Notes under the pieces: generated by a model
What the model was told of the DNA's origin: nothing
Seen by the model: only the letters and a program-made list of their open reading frames with translations
The model's database searches: none
Assembly (NCBI RefSeq): GCF_018350175.1
Contig: NC_058369.1
Location: forward strand, 20,214,001 to 20,278,000
Length of the DNA stretch: 64,000 nucleotides
Source: Felis catus
Lineage: Eukaryota
Direction of reading: 5' to 3'
Position numbers and translations under genes: made by a program
Part shown: one piece after another, positions 1 through 9,468 of the stretch
Numbering within the stretch: position 1 is the stretch's first letter
Layout of the letters: each line of letters opens with the position of its first letter

Positions 1-572
1 CGCTCGGAGGGGGCCCTTCCAATGAGAAATCCTCCAGCCCAGCTTCTGTCCACCCCGGCCGGCGTCCAATTAGCTCCTACAGGACGGGTTCCGGCCTGAT
101 GCGGACATTCAGACCCGGTCGGCAAGCCTCGCGGGCGCAAGAGCTTCCGCAGACGTTCCCGAAGCCTGGATCCTCCGCCCACGGTATCGTTTGAAAAAAA
201 GAAAAGAACCTCCCCGAAACCTGGCCTGCAGCGGTCTGCTCTCCCTGCCTGCCCTTGGGGCCCCGGGGCGGGGAGGGGTTTTTCGGGCAGACGTGGGTCC
301 CAGAGCAGGGACTACTCGGGACAAGTCTGGCGCAAAGCTGAAGCCGAACCCCACACCAGTCCTCTGCGCCAGTGCGCGGCGCCCCGCCTCTGTCACAGCT
401 GCTGCCCCTACTCAAGATGGCGGCCCGGACCCCTTCCGCCGCCTTCGCGGCCGCTTCCTGCCGGCCCCCCTGGTTCAATCAGCGGCCGACAACTGTCTAG
501 GGCCAAGGGCGGGCGAAGCTACCAGCCAATAAGAAAGGGCAGCGTGGAGCGGCCCGTCTGGGCTCCCGGGCG

Positions 573-583
573 CGTGGACCAAT
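573..583 (-). promoter_or_regulatory. MANF: ERSE-II ER-stress response element
   Basis: CGTGGACCAAT is the reverse complement of ATTGG-N-CCACG, the ERSE-II consensus; MANF is a known UPR-induced gene. Confidence 0.85.
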
Positions 584-723
584 GAGAGCGCGGCGTGTGG
601 GAGGGCGCGGGGTCCGCCCGCCAATGGGGAACTACGGCGCGCGGCCGGGACCCGGAGGCAGCTCCTCACGGCGGGCGCGGTTCAGTCCGGCAGCGGCGGC
701 GGCGGCGGTGGAGGAGGAGGAGG

Positions 724-808
724 ATGTGGGCCACGCAGGGGCTGGCGGTGGCGCTGGCTCTGAGCGTGTTGCCGGGCGGCCGGGCTCTGCGGCCAGGCGA
801 CTGCGAAG
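724..808 (+). CDS. MANF: MANF exon 1 (signal peptide [28 protein letters not shown])
   Basis: ATG at 724, GT donor at 809; translation matches the MANF N-terminus. Confidence 0.95.
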
Positions 809-1550
809 GTGCGGCGGGGCCGGGGTCCGCGCACCGAGGCCGGCCTGGCGGCGGCTCTGAACCCACCCAGACCACCGAACGGCCGAGAGGCCGGGGCTGG
901 AACGGGCGGGGGCGGCGGCCGTCCCAGCGGGGTCCGCCCGAAGAGGGGCGGACGCCGGCCTAGAAAACAGTTCCTGAGCCTAGGAAACTGGTCCAACAAG
1001 AAAAAGTTGGGACTAGATCGTGCAGAAAACTTGGCTTGAAATTGAGATAACGCCGGAGTTTCTTTCTTTTCCCATCACGGGGCAGAGGCTCTCCCTGGCC
1101 CAGGTCGGGAGTCCCCAGGGCCGGCCATGGGCACCATTCTGGGGCCGGTGGGCCTGCGAAGCCGCACCTCGGGTTCGATGTTGTATTTGGAAATGAGAAG
1201 CATTTGGATTGTTTTTGTCTTCGCCCTCCGGTTTGGCCTCTTCTGAGGTCACAGTGAGTCCATCCCAAGGACACGTGTTCAATCTCGGCTTAAACTTTAT
1301 GGAAGGAGCAGGGAGGAGCCATGTGTGGGTCACTGGGTGATGCTCGTTCCCCATGTGCCCTAGGTGTACCAAGGGACCCCAGCAACCCGGAGGTGGGTTC
1401 TGCCCACCCGTGGGCACCTGAGAAAACCCGGTGATGGAAAAACTCATCTCTCACCGTGTCTGCTATTTAAATTGATGACGGAGTTCCCTCCTGGTGGATT
1501 GGGGTGCACCTTGGTGATTGCTGAGCATCTCCCTTCCCTCTCTTTTCCAG

Positions 1551-1678
1551 TCTGTATCTCTTATCTGGGAAGATTTTATCAGGACCTCAAAGATCGAGAT
1601 GTCACATTCTCACCATCCTCTGTTGAAAAAGAGCTTATAAAATTCTGCCGGGAAGCAAGAGGCAAAGAGAATCGGTTG
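1551..1678 (+). CDS. MANF: MANF exon 2 ([43 protein letters not shown])
   Basis: Pyrimidine tract + CAG acceptor, GTGAGT donor; saposin-like domain. Confidence 0.97.
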
Positions 1679-2189
1679 GTGAGTAGCTGGTTACCCTCCC
1701 TGGCTGGCCCTGCCCACTTGCCTGTTCAGGAGGTTAACTGTTCTGTTAGTATGCTAGTGTGGGACTCCAGTCTCCAGTGTTTTCATGAATTCTGCAGTTG
1801 TGAGGTTTTGTTACCCTGTTAGTATTGAATGAGCACGTACTGGGTGCTGGGCACTGGGAGTATCAGTGGGGAGAAATGACAGGCAAATAAATGACAGCAG
1901 CGGGATGAGTGTCCAGCAGAAAATAGACCACGGTGCTCTGGCAGAGAGGGGAGATGCTGATTTAGGCAAAATAGTCAAGAATCTCTCTGAGGAAGAGTTG
2001 TCATTGCAAGGCAGGAGGGAAGAGCATCCCAGGAAGAGGGAACAACCATGTGAGTGTTCAGAGGCCACGTGCAAGGACACAAGATAACAAAGTGGGCACA
2101 GGGTACGCCAGTGCTGAATTGGGACAAGAGCCCTAATGAAATGATGATTTTTGTAGCTTTAATTTCCCTGGCAGTCGCTGGTTTGTCTT

Positions 2190-2428
2190 TTTTTATTTTT
2201 ATTTATTTATTTTTTTAATTTTTTAAATGTTTTTATTTATTTTTGAAGGAGAGAGAGAGAGCATGAACGGGGGAGGAGCAGAGAGAGAGGGAGACACAGA
2301 ATTGGAAGCAGGCCCCAGGCTCTAAGCTGTCAGCACAGAGCCAGGTGCGCGGCTCGAACTCACGAACTGTGAGACCTTGACCTGAGCCGAAGTCAGACGC
2401 TTAACCGACTGAGCCACCCAGGCGCCCC
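2190..2428 (-). mobile_element. CAN-SINE (felid tRNA-derived SINE) in MANF intron 2
   Basis: Reverse complement of GGGGCGCCTGGGTGGCTCAGTCGGTTAAGCG head, (CT)n segment and A tail. Confidence 0.9.
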
Positions 2429-2674
2429 TGTGTGTCTTTTTTTTTTAAAGGTCTGAATCCTGGCGACTCTTAAACTTATTTGGAGGTTGTCAGCTCTGGG
2501 ACTGAGCATGTATTAAGAGCCCAGGGTTTACGCTGACTGAATCTGACCGCTGGTACAGAGAGGGTGTGGGGAAAGGGGGTCCTGGCAAAGAGATGTTTTG
2601 AGATATCAGTGTGTTGTGGAGGAGAAGGCTTTCAAGGGAAACCTCCTGAAGGTCATTGTCCTTTCTTGCTGCAG

Positions 2675-2816
2675 TGCTACTACATTGGGGCCACAGATGA
2701 CGCTGCCACTAAGATCATCAACGAGGTGTCGAAGCCCCTGGCCCACCACATCCCTGTGGAGAAGGTCTGTGAGAAGCTCAAAAAGAAGGACAGCCAGATC
2801 TGTGAGCTAAAGTATG
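2675..2816 (+). CDS. MANF: MANF exon 3 ([47 protein letters not shown])
   Basis: CAG acceptor, GTGAGT donor, phase consistent. Confidence 0.97.
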
Positions 2817-4011
2817 GTGAGTGTGGCTAAACCTTATTTAACAAACACGGACCCTCTGAGCTCAGGCATTAGGAGTCAACTTTGTAGCTGGGAGAGGCAG
2901 GTGAGAAACGAGAGCCTCGTTGAGTTTTATAGCCGGGTAGACTGTGCTAAGTGAGGGGCAGGGTGGATCTGGCCTCATGGGTGGAGGTCTGAATAGGGCT
3001 CACTGAGGAGGTGACATTCAACATGCTTTGGAGGCAGGCGGTGGATTAGCCAAGGGGAACAGCTAAGGGAAGAACATTCCAGGCTGAGCAAACAGGCAGT
3101 GCAGAGGCAGCCAGAGGCATGGCGGGTAGACAGGGCACAGAGGGCCTTGCAGATTGGTGAAGATTTGGCTTCAGATCTTTAATCTGAGTCAAGTTGGGAA
3201 CATGGGATTTTGAGCAGAGAAGGGATGTGGCCTGACCTTTCCTGGCCATAAGCTCTGAAGGCCCAGCAATCTTCCTCATTTTGAAGAGAAATGCTGTGTG
3301 CGGACAGGCAGGCCAGGAGTTCCAGCTGCTGCAGCATCTCTCTTGCCGACATTACTGGTGGGGAAAAGCAGGCCTCAGAAACAGGACCAGGAATAGTTGT
3401 CCTCGTCTATAAAGTTTAAGCAGCACCAGCATATTTTACTGTGACTTGAGTGTCCAAGGGCCTGTGTTTGTCCACTTGTGTCAAGGATGCCCAGTCTCCT
3501 GACCGTGACCTGACAGGCTGTTGGCTCAAGGTCTCTCTGTGGTCACAAGTGGTTGTGGAGAGAGTCAGCTCTTGACCAGGGCCTGTGTTGGGAAATTGGT
3601 TGGAGCTAGGGGGTCTCTCTGCTCTGTCACCATGGAGCTGTCATTCTACAGTGACTTGACCTCTACTGTGACTATTTTTCAAGGCACTTGGAGTGGGAAC
3701 CACATTTCTCCTGTAAGGTTGGTTCCTCCTGTAAGAACCATGTAGCCCCCATCCCTGTCCTTGGCAATACTGCATGTCTGGGTGGATGCTGCCAGCGTGA
3801 GACCAGCCTTCCGGTGAAAGGGCCTAGGCCAGTTCCCCCAGTTCAGGGCAGTGGGCACAGACACACACCTGCAGGTGTCTGGAAACGTCTGTCCCTCTCA
3901 GACCAGTAGACTGCTTGTTTCAGCGGATGGGAGGCTGTGCTGGGGTGACCCATCCCAGGACTATGAGGGTCCGTGGCCGCTCCCACGAGCTCTCCCTACT
4001 CTCTCCTCCAG

Positions 4012-4196
4012 ACAAGCAGATTGACCTGAGCACAGTGGACCTGAAGAAGCTCCGGGTTAAAGAACTCAAGAAGATCCTGGACGACTGGGGGGAGACGTGC
4101 AAAGGCTGTGCGGAGAAGTCTGACTACATCCGGAAGATTAATGAACTGATGCCTAAATACGCCCCCAAGGCAGCCGGTTCACGGACTGATTTGTAG
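4012..4196 (+). CDS. MANF: MANF exon 4 (SAP-like domain, CKGC CXXC motif, C-terminal RTDL ER-retrieval signal)
   Basis: CAG acceptor, TAG stop; the four exons total 540 nt = 179 aa + stop. Confidence 0.97.
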
Positions 4197-4412
4197 TCTG
4201 CCCGCCCCCCGCTGCACCTGTGGGGAAAGCATTCCACTTGCGTCTTCCCTGCAGCCTTTTTGTAATTTATTTTTTAGGCAGGCTCCTGACAATGTCAGGT
4301 GTGAAGCCTGGAGCTCTCCTGCCGATGCTGGCTCTACAGCGCCCCCTGGGGGGTTCACTTTGTTCTGTTGCTGGTTTACTCTAGGACTTCAAAGTGTGTT
4401 TGGGAATTTTTT

Positions 4413-4453
4413 ATTAAAGGAAGAACATTTCTAGCTGTCCCTGGAGAATTAAA
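4413..4453 (+). terminator. MANF: MANF candidate polyadenylation signals ATTAAA (4413-4418, 4448-4453)
   Basis: Two ATTAAA hexamers about 220-250 nt after the stop. Confidence 0.6.
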
Positions 4454-6119
4454 GTGAATCTGAAATAGGATTTCAGCCCTAACGAAGATCCCAGCAGTTT
4501 ATGCTTTCCAGTTCACAAGAGTTGTCTGCTATCTTCACATCTGCCCCTTGGCCGCCAGTGCCGGAGATGCCAGGCAGGACACGGGCTGAGGCATGGGGGC
4601 TCGTGCAGGACTGGAGGCAAGCCCGGGAGAAGACTGGGTCCCATGCCTCACCCCGAGGTGACTTGGAGTGGAAGTCCCACCTGGGGAGCTGGAGGCCGAA
4701 CAGCCTCTTGGCAGAGCACAGGGGGTTGAATCTGGTGTGCAAGGGGCTTATATCAGGGCTGGGTCCGAGCAGGACTGAGGGTATGTTTAGTATGGTTTTC
4801 TGGAACGATGACTTCAGTAGCTGCCTGTGTTCAGTACCATCACATTTCTAAAGATGCTCTTGGGCTGGCTTCCTCCACCAAGCACCATCCAGATCTGGCC
4901 ATCTACTTGGCCATCTGAGTTTGTGGTGTGGGGTCAGTCCCAAGCCTCTGATGCCTAATTGGGGTTTTGTGAGATATGCAGGAGTCGGTTTATACAAAGA
5001 GTCAGTGAGAGCTTGCCTTTTGCCTTTGTTTACCCAAGATAAGTCTAAAATAGTTGAGGTCTTGTCCCCAGTGTCTCCAGAGTCTGGTTTTTTTAGTTAC
5101 TTCTGGGGTTGGCTCTTGGGGAACCCAGTTGTCAGTGTAAGCTGTGGCTTGGTGGACACCCCTCTGCTTCTCGGGCCTGCAGAGACCACCTGAAGGGAAA
5201 GACCAGTAGTGCTTTTCCAAGAAAGACTTCAGTCTTCCTTTTTTGCAGTTTATTTATACAGTTGCTAAATTCAGTTTGCCTACACAGGCCTTGTCACAGC
5301 CTGCAGTGGCATCCACTAGTGCAGTGGCCCCACATTTTGCACATCTGCAACACCACGTCTAAGAGGAAAGCAAGGCTGAGCCGCTTCTCAGGCCAAGACT
5401 TCCTTGTTTTGGAGAATGAGCTGTTAGGATCTGACAAGCGCAGTGTCCTGAGCCCCTTACAGGCACTGGGAAAATCCACAGCTAAAGGCAGAAGCCTTAG
5501 GAGATGTATGGCCATGGCCTATAGGCCACACTGAACACAAGAACAGGGAAAACAACAACCGCTCCCACTGTAGGGCTGACCCCCGAGGTTATCTATGAGA
5601 GGGTTAACTCGTCCCTTCTGGAAGTGTAGGTCAGTTCTGGCAATGTTACAGGTGTTTTCGTGTAAGCTTTCCCCCTTGCACCTGCCTCAGCTGTTCCAGG
5701 AGTGGTTTATTTATGGTTGTGGGAGGAGGAGGAGCTGGTAGGCTTTAACCCACCCCACAGTTGCCTTGCTGAAGTTGGGTCAGGTTCTGCAATGCTTCCA
5801 ACAGCTCTCGGGGGAATGAAGCCATCCTGAGGGGGCTTGGGCGCCTGGGCAGAATTCATTCCACCCACCCCACTGGCCCCACATCTCGCCTGGAGGTGAA
5901 CAGAAGGGCACTGGTCAGCCAGAGGTAAGCGTGGCAAGCTGTGGTAACTACTGGATTTGGCTTTGTCTTCACCCATGGCTCCCTGGCCCTGTCCTTACAG
6001 CCCACTGCTCAGGTGGCTGCAGCAGAGGGTGGGCCCAGTGGCGCCAAGGAGCCTATTCCCACTTGGTAAACGGCAGGTTTGCTGGCTCGCCTGCCAGGTC
6101 TGGCCTTGTGCATTCAGAG

Positions 6120-7950
6120 CCCATGGCCTCGCGGCCTTTACGGCGATCACTGCATAGGATACCAGAACGCTGAGGGTGCCTGTTCTGTGGGCGGTGGGTC
6201 CTGGACGGGGCCTACGGAGGTTCTCGCGCCTGTCCATTCCAGACCCTAGTCGGGAGACGGCCGTGGTGAGGATTTGGGGGAGACCACGTAAAGAGCCACT
6301 GGGTTAAGACCCGGGAGCCCGGCGCCCATAGACGCTGCCACTCCTACTCCACGCGTCGTTGGACACCCAGGGCCCGCAGCCCACGGGGGTCAGAGTCAGT
6401 GCAAGCCAGCCTGGCTCTCAGGAGGGCCATGAATTTCCGCGTAGCCCAGAGCTTTGGCCGCGGGGTGGCGTCAGAGCTCACTTTCAAGACCACCCGGGGT
6501 CACGTGGCACGGAGAGGCGCCGTCCGATGACGTATGCCGGCGCAGCTCTCGCCCCGCCCGCCGCCGGGTCACGTGACAGTCCGGCGCAGCCTGATAACGC
6601 GACGCCCGGCCCCTGGGCGCTGCTCCCGCCCCGCCCCGCTGCCACCGCCGCGCCGAGTCCTTTTGTCCAAGATGGCGGCGCCGGGGGCGCTGCCTCCTCG
6701 GCCGCCGCCGCCGCCGCCGCCGCTGTGAGGGGCCTGCGGGCCGCCCGCCCGCCCGCTGCGCCGGCGCCATGAAGAGGCAGAGCGAGCGAGACTCGAGCCC
6801 AAGCGGGCGCGGCTCGTCATCGTCGGCCAAGCGGCCGCGGGAGCGCGAACGGGAGGCGGAGGCGGGCGGGCGGCGGGCAGCGCACAAGGCCTCGGGCGGC
6901 GCCAAGCATCCCGTTCCAACGCGGGCCCGCGACAAACCCCGCGGTAGCGGGGGCGGCGGGGGTGGGCATCGCGACGGCCGCGGCGCCGGGGACGCGAATC
7001 ACCGTGCGAGCAGCGGCCGCTCCTCGGGCTCGGGCGCCGGCGGCGGGGGACGCGGCGGCAAGGCCTCCGGGGACCCAGGCGCTTCAGGTGCTTCGCCCCG
7101 CGCGTCTCCGCTGCCGCCACCTCCGCCGCCGCCCGGGACCGAGCCCGCGGGTCCCGGCTCGTCGGCGGCCGCACCTGAGTACAAGACGCTGCTCATCAGC
7201 AGCCTGAGCCCTGCGCTGCCCGCCGAGCACCTCGAGGACCGGCTCTTCCATCAGTTCAAGCGCTTCGGTGAGATCAGCCTGCGCCTGTCGCACACGCCAG
7301 AGCTGGGCCGCGTGGCCTACGTGAACTTCCGGCATCCGCAGGACGCACGCGAGGCCCGCCAGCACGCCCTGGCCCGCCAGCTGCTGCTCTACGACCGGCC
7401 GCTCAAGGTGGAGCCCGTGTACCTGCGCGGCGGCGGCGGCGGCGGCGGCGGCAGTGGTGGCGGCGGTGGGAGCAGCCGGCGAAGCAGCAGCAGCAGCGCT
7501 GCCGCCTCCACGCCGCCCCCAGGTCCCCCCGCCCCCGCGGACCCGCTAGGCTACCTGCCACTGCACAGTGGCTACCAATATAAGCAGCGCTCGCTGTCCC
7601 CCGTAGCCGCCCCGCCGCTGCGGGAGCCCCGTGCTCGCCACGCCGCCGCAGCCTTTGCCCTGGATGCTGCCGCCGCTGCCGCAGTGGGACTATCCCGGGA
7701 GCGGGCCCTGGACTACTACGGGCTTTACGACGATCGCGGGCGTCCCTACGGCTACCCGGCCGTGTGCGAGGAGGACCTGATGCCTGAGGACGACCAGCGC
7801 GCCACGCGCAACCTCTTCATCGGGAACCTGGACCACAGCGTGTCTGAGGTGGAGTTGCGGCGGGCCTTCGAGAAGTACGGCATCATCGAGGAGGTGGTCA
7901 TCAAGAGACCTGCCCGTGGCCAGGGCGGTGCGTATGCCTTCCTCAAGTTC
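6120..7950. promoter_or_regulatory. RBM15B: CpG island covering RBM15B promoter and 5' CDS; E-boxes 6501-6506 and 6570-6575, CRE-like 6528-6534, YY1 motif 6668-6679
   Basis: High CpG density; motifs read directly. Confidence 0.85.
6672..6728 (+). CDS. Candidate u[21 protein letters not shown] (18 aa) in the RBM15B 5' leader
   Basis: aagATGG strong Kozak context, TGA at 6726-6728, 40 nt before the main ATG; translation and TSS position unverified. Confidence 0.45.
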   Translation: MAAPGALPPRPPPPPPPL

Positions 7951-9468
7951 CAGAACTTAGACATGGCCCACAGGGCTAAGGTGGCCATGTCAGGCCGGGT
8001 GATTGGCCGCAACCCCATTAAGATAGGCTATGGCAAGGCCAACCCCACCACTCGCCTTTGGGTGGGTGGCCTGGGACCTAACACCTCACTGGCCGCTCTG
8101 GCCCGGGAGTTTGATCGCTTTGGGAGCATTCGAACCATTGATCACGTCAAGGGAGATAGCTTTGCTTACATCCAGTATGAGAGCTTGGATGCAGCCCAGG
8201 CTGCCTGTGCAAAAATGAGGGGCTTTCCCTTGGGTGGTCCAGACCGAAGGCTGCGCGTGGATTTTGCCAAAGCAGAGGAGACTCGATATCCCCAGCAGTA
8301 CCAGCCCTCACCCCTCCCCGTGCATTATGAGCTGCTGCCCGATGGATATACCCGGCACCGAAACCTGGATGCTGACCTGCGGGTGCGGGATAGGACCCCC
8401 CCACACCTCCTGTACTCAGACCGAGACCGGACCTTTTTGGAAGGGGACTGGACCAGCCCTAGTAAAAGCTCTGACCGGCGAAACAGCTTGGAGGGCTACA
8501 GCCGCTCGGTGCGCAGCCGGAGTGGGGAACGCTGGGGAGATGGGGACCGAGGCCTGCCCAAGCCCTGGGAGGAGAGGCGGAAGCGGAGGAGCCTTTCTAG
8601 TGACCGCGGGAGGACAACCCACTCCCCTTACGAGGAAAGGAGCAGGACCAAGGGTGGTGGGCAGCAGGTGGACCGGGGCTCTGATCGCACTCCTGAGCGC
8701 AGCCGTAAGGAGAACCACGCCAGTGACGGGACCAAGGAGTCAAGCAGCAATTCTCTCAGCAACAGCAGACATGGGGCTGAGGAGCGGAGTCACCACCACC
8801 ACCATGAGGCTCCAGACTCTTCCCACGGGAAGAAGACACGAGAGAGCGAGCGCAATCATCGGACCTCTGAGGCTGAGCCCAAGCCTCTGGAAGAGCCAAA
8901 ACACGAGACCAAAAAGCTCAAGAATCTTTCTGAGTATGCCCAGACACTGCAGCTGGGTTGGAATGGGCTCCTAGTGTTGAAAAACAGTTGCTTCCCAACA
9001 TCTATGCACATCCTAGAGGGGGACCAAGGGGTTATCACCGGCCTCCTCAAAGATCACACTTCTGGGAGTAAGCTGACCCAGTTGAAGATCGCCCAGCGCC
9101 TGCGACTGGACCAGCCCAAGCTCGATGAGGTCACACGGCGCATCAAGCAGGGGAGCCCCAATGGCTATGCAGTGCTTCTAGCCACCCAGGCAACCCCCAG
9201 CGGGCCTGGCACTGAGGGGATGCCCACGGTGGAGCCAGGCCTACAGAGGCGGCTTCTCAGGAACCTGGTCTCCTACTTGAAACAGAAGCAGGCCGCGGGG
9301 GTGATCAGCCTGCCGGTGGGTGGTTCCAAGGGCAGAGACAGCACGGGCATGCTCTATGCCTTCCCGCCCTGTGACTTTTCACAGCAGTACCTCCAGTCAG
9401 CACTGAGGACATTGGGCAAGCTAGAAGAAGAACACATGGTGATAGTTATAGTAAGAGACACTGCCTAG
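6769..9468 (+). CDS. RBM15B: RNA-binding motif protein 15B (SPEN family, m6A writer-complex adaptor), 899 aa, single coding exon
   Basis: Continuous ORF with three RRMs (YKTLLISSL, TRNLFIGNL, TTRLWVGGL), an Arg/Ser-rich region and a C-terminal SPOC domain ending VIVIVRDTA; synteny with MANF and DCAF1. Confidence 0.97.
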   Translation: MKRQSERDSSPSGRGSSSSAKRPREREREAEAGGRRAAHKASGGAKHPVPTRARDKPRGSGGGGGGHRDGRGAGDANHRASSGRSSGSGAGGGGRGGKASGDPGASGASPRASPLPPPPPPPGTEPAGPGSSAAAPEYKTLLISSLSPALPAEHLEDRLFHQFKRFGEISLRLSHTPELGRVAYVNFRHPQDAREARQHALARQLLLYDRPLKVEPVYLRGGGGGGGGSGGGGGSSRRSSSSSAAASTPPPGPPAPADPLGYLPLHSGYQYKQRSLSPVAAPPLREPRARHAAAAFALDAAAAAAVGLSRERALDYYGLYDDRGRPYGYPAVCEEDLMPEDDQRATRNLFIGNLDHSVSEVELRRAFEKYGIIEEVVIKRPARGQGGAYAFLKFQNLDMAHRAKVAMSGRVIGRNPIKIGYGKANPTTRLWVGGLGPNTSLAALAREFDRFGSIRTIDHVKGDSFAYIQYESLDAAQAACAKMRGFPLGGPDRRLRVDFAKAEETRYPQQYQPSPLPVHYELLPDGYTRHRNLDADLRVRDRTPPHLLYSDRDRTFLEGDWTSPSKSSDRRNSLEGYSRSVRSRSGERWGDGDRGLPKPWEERRKRRSLSSDRGRTTHSPYEERSRTKGGGQQVDRGSDRTPERSRKENHASDGTKESSSNSLSNSRHGAEERSHHHHHEAPDSSHGKKTRESERNHRTSEAEPKPLEEPKHETKKLKNLSEYAQTLQLGWNGLLVLKNSCFPTSMHILEGDQGVITGLLKDHTSGSKLTQLKIAQRLRLDQPKLDEVTRRIKQGSPNGYAVLLATQATPSGPGTEGMPTVEPGLQRRLLRNLVSYLKQKQAAGVISLPVGGSKGRDSTGMLYAFPPCDFSQQYLQSALRTLGKLEEEHMVIVIVRDTA

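Larger units (their letters stand above)
1..1180. promoter_or_regulatory. MANF: CpG island / MANF promoter with multiple CCAAT boxes (19-23, 66-70, 526-530, 579-583, 621-625) and GC boxes
   Basis: Very GC- and CpG-rich sequence around exon 1; CCAAT motifs read directly. Confidence 0.85.

Noticed and set aside
77..1447. Many overlapping 60-140 aa ORFs around the MANF promoter
   Set aside because: Stop-poor GC-rich CpG island; no recognisable domains apart from MANF exon 1
6359..8974. Alternative-frame and antisense ORFs over RBM15B (e.g. 8234-8974, 6569-7174)
   Set aside because: Shadow ORFs expected from GC-rich coding sequence; mostly non-ATG starts and no homology recognised
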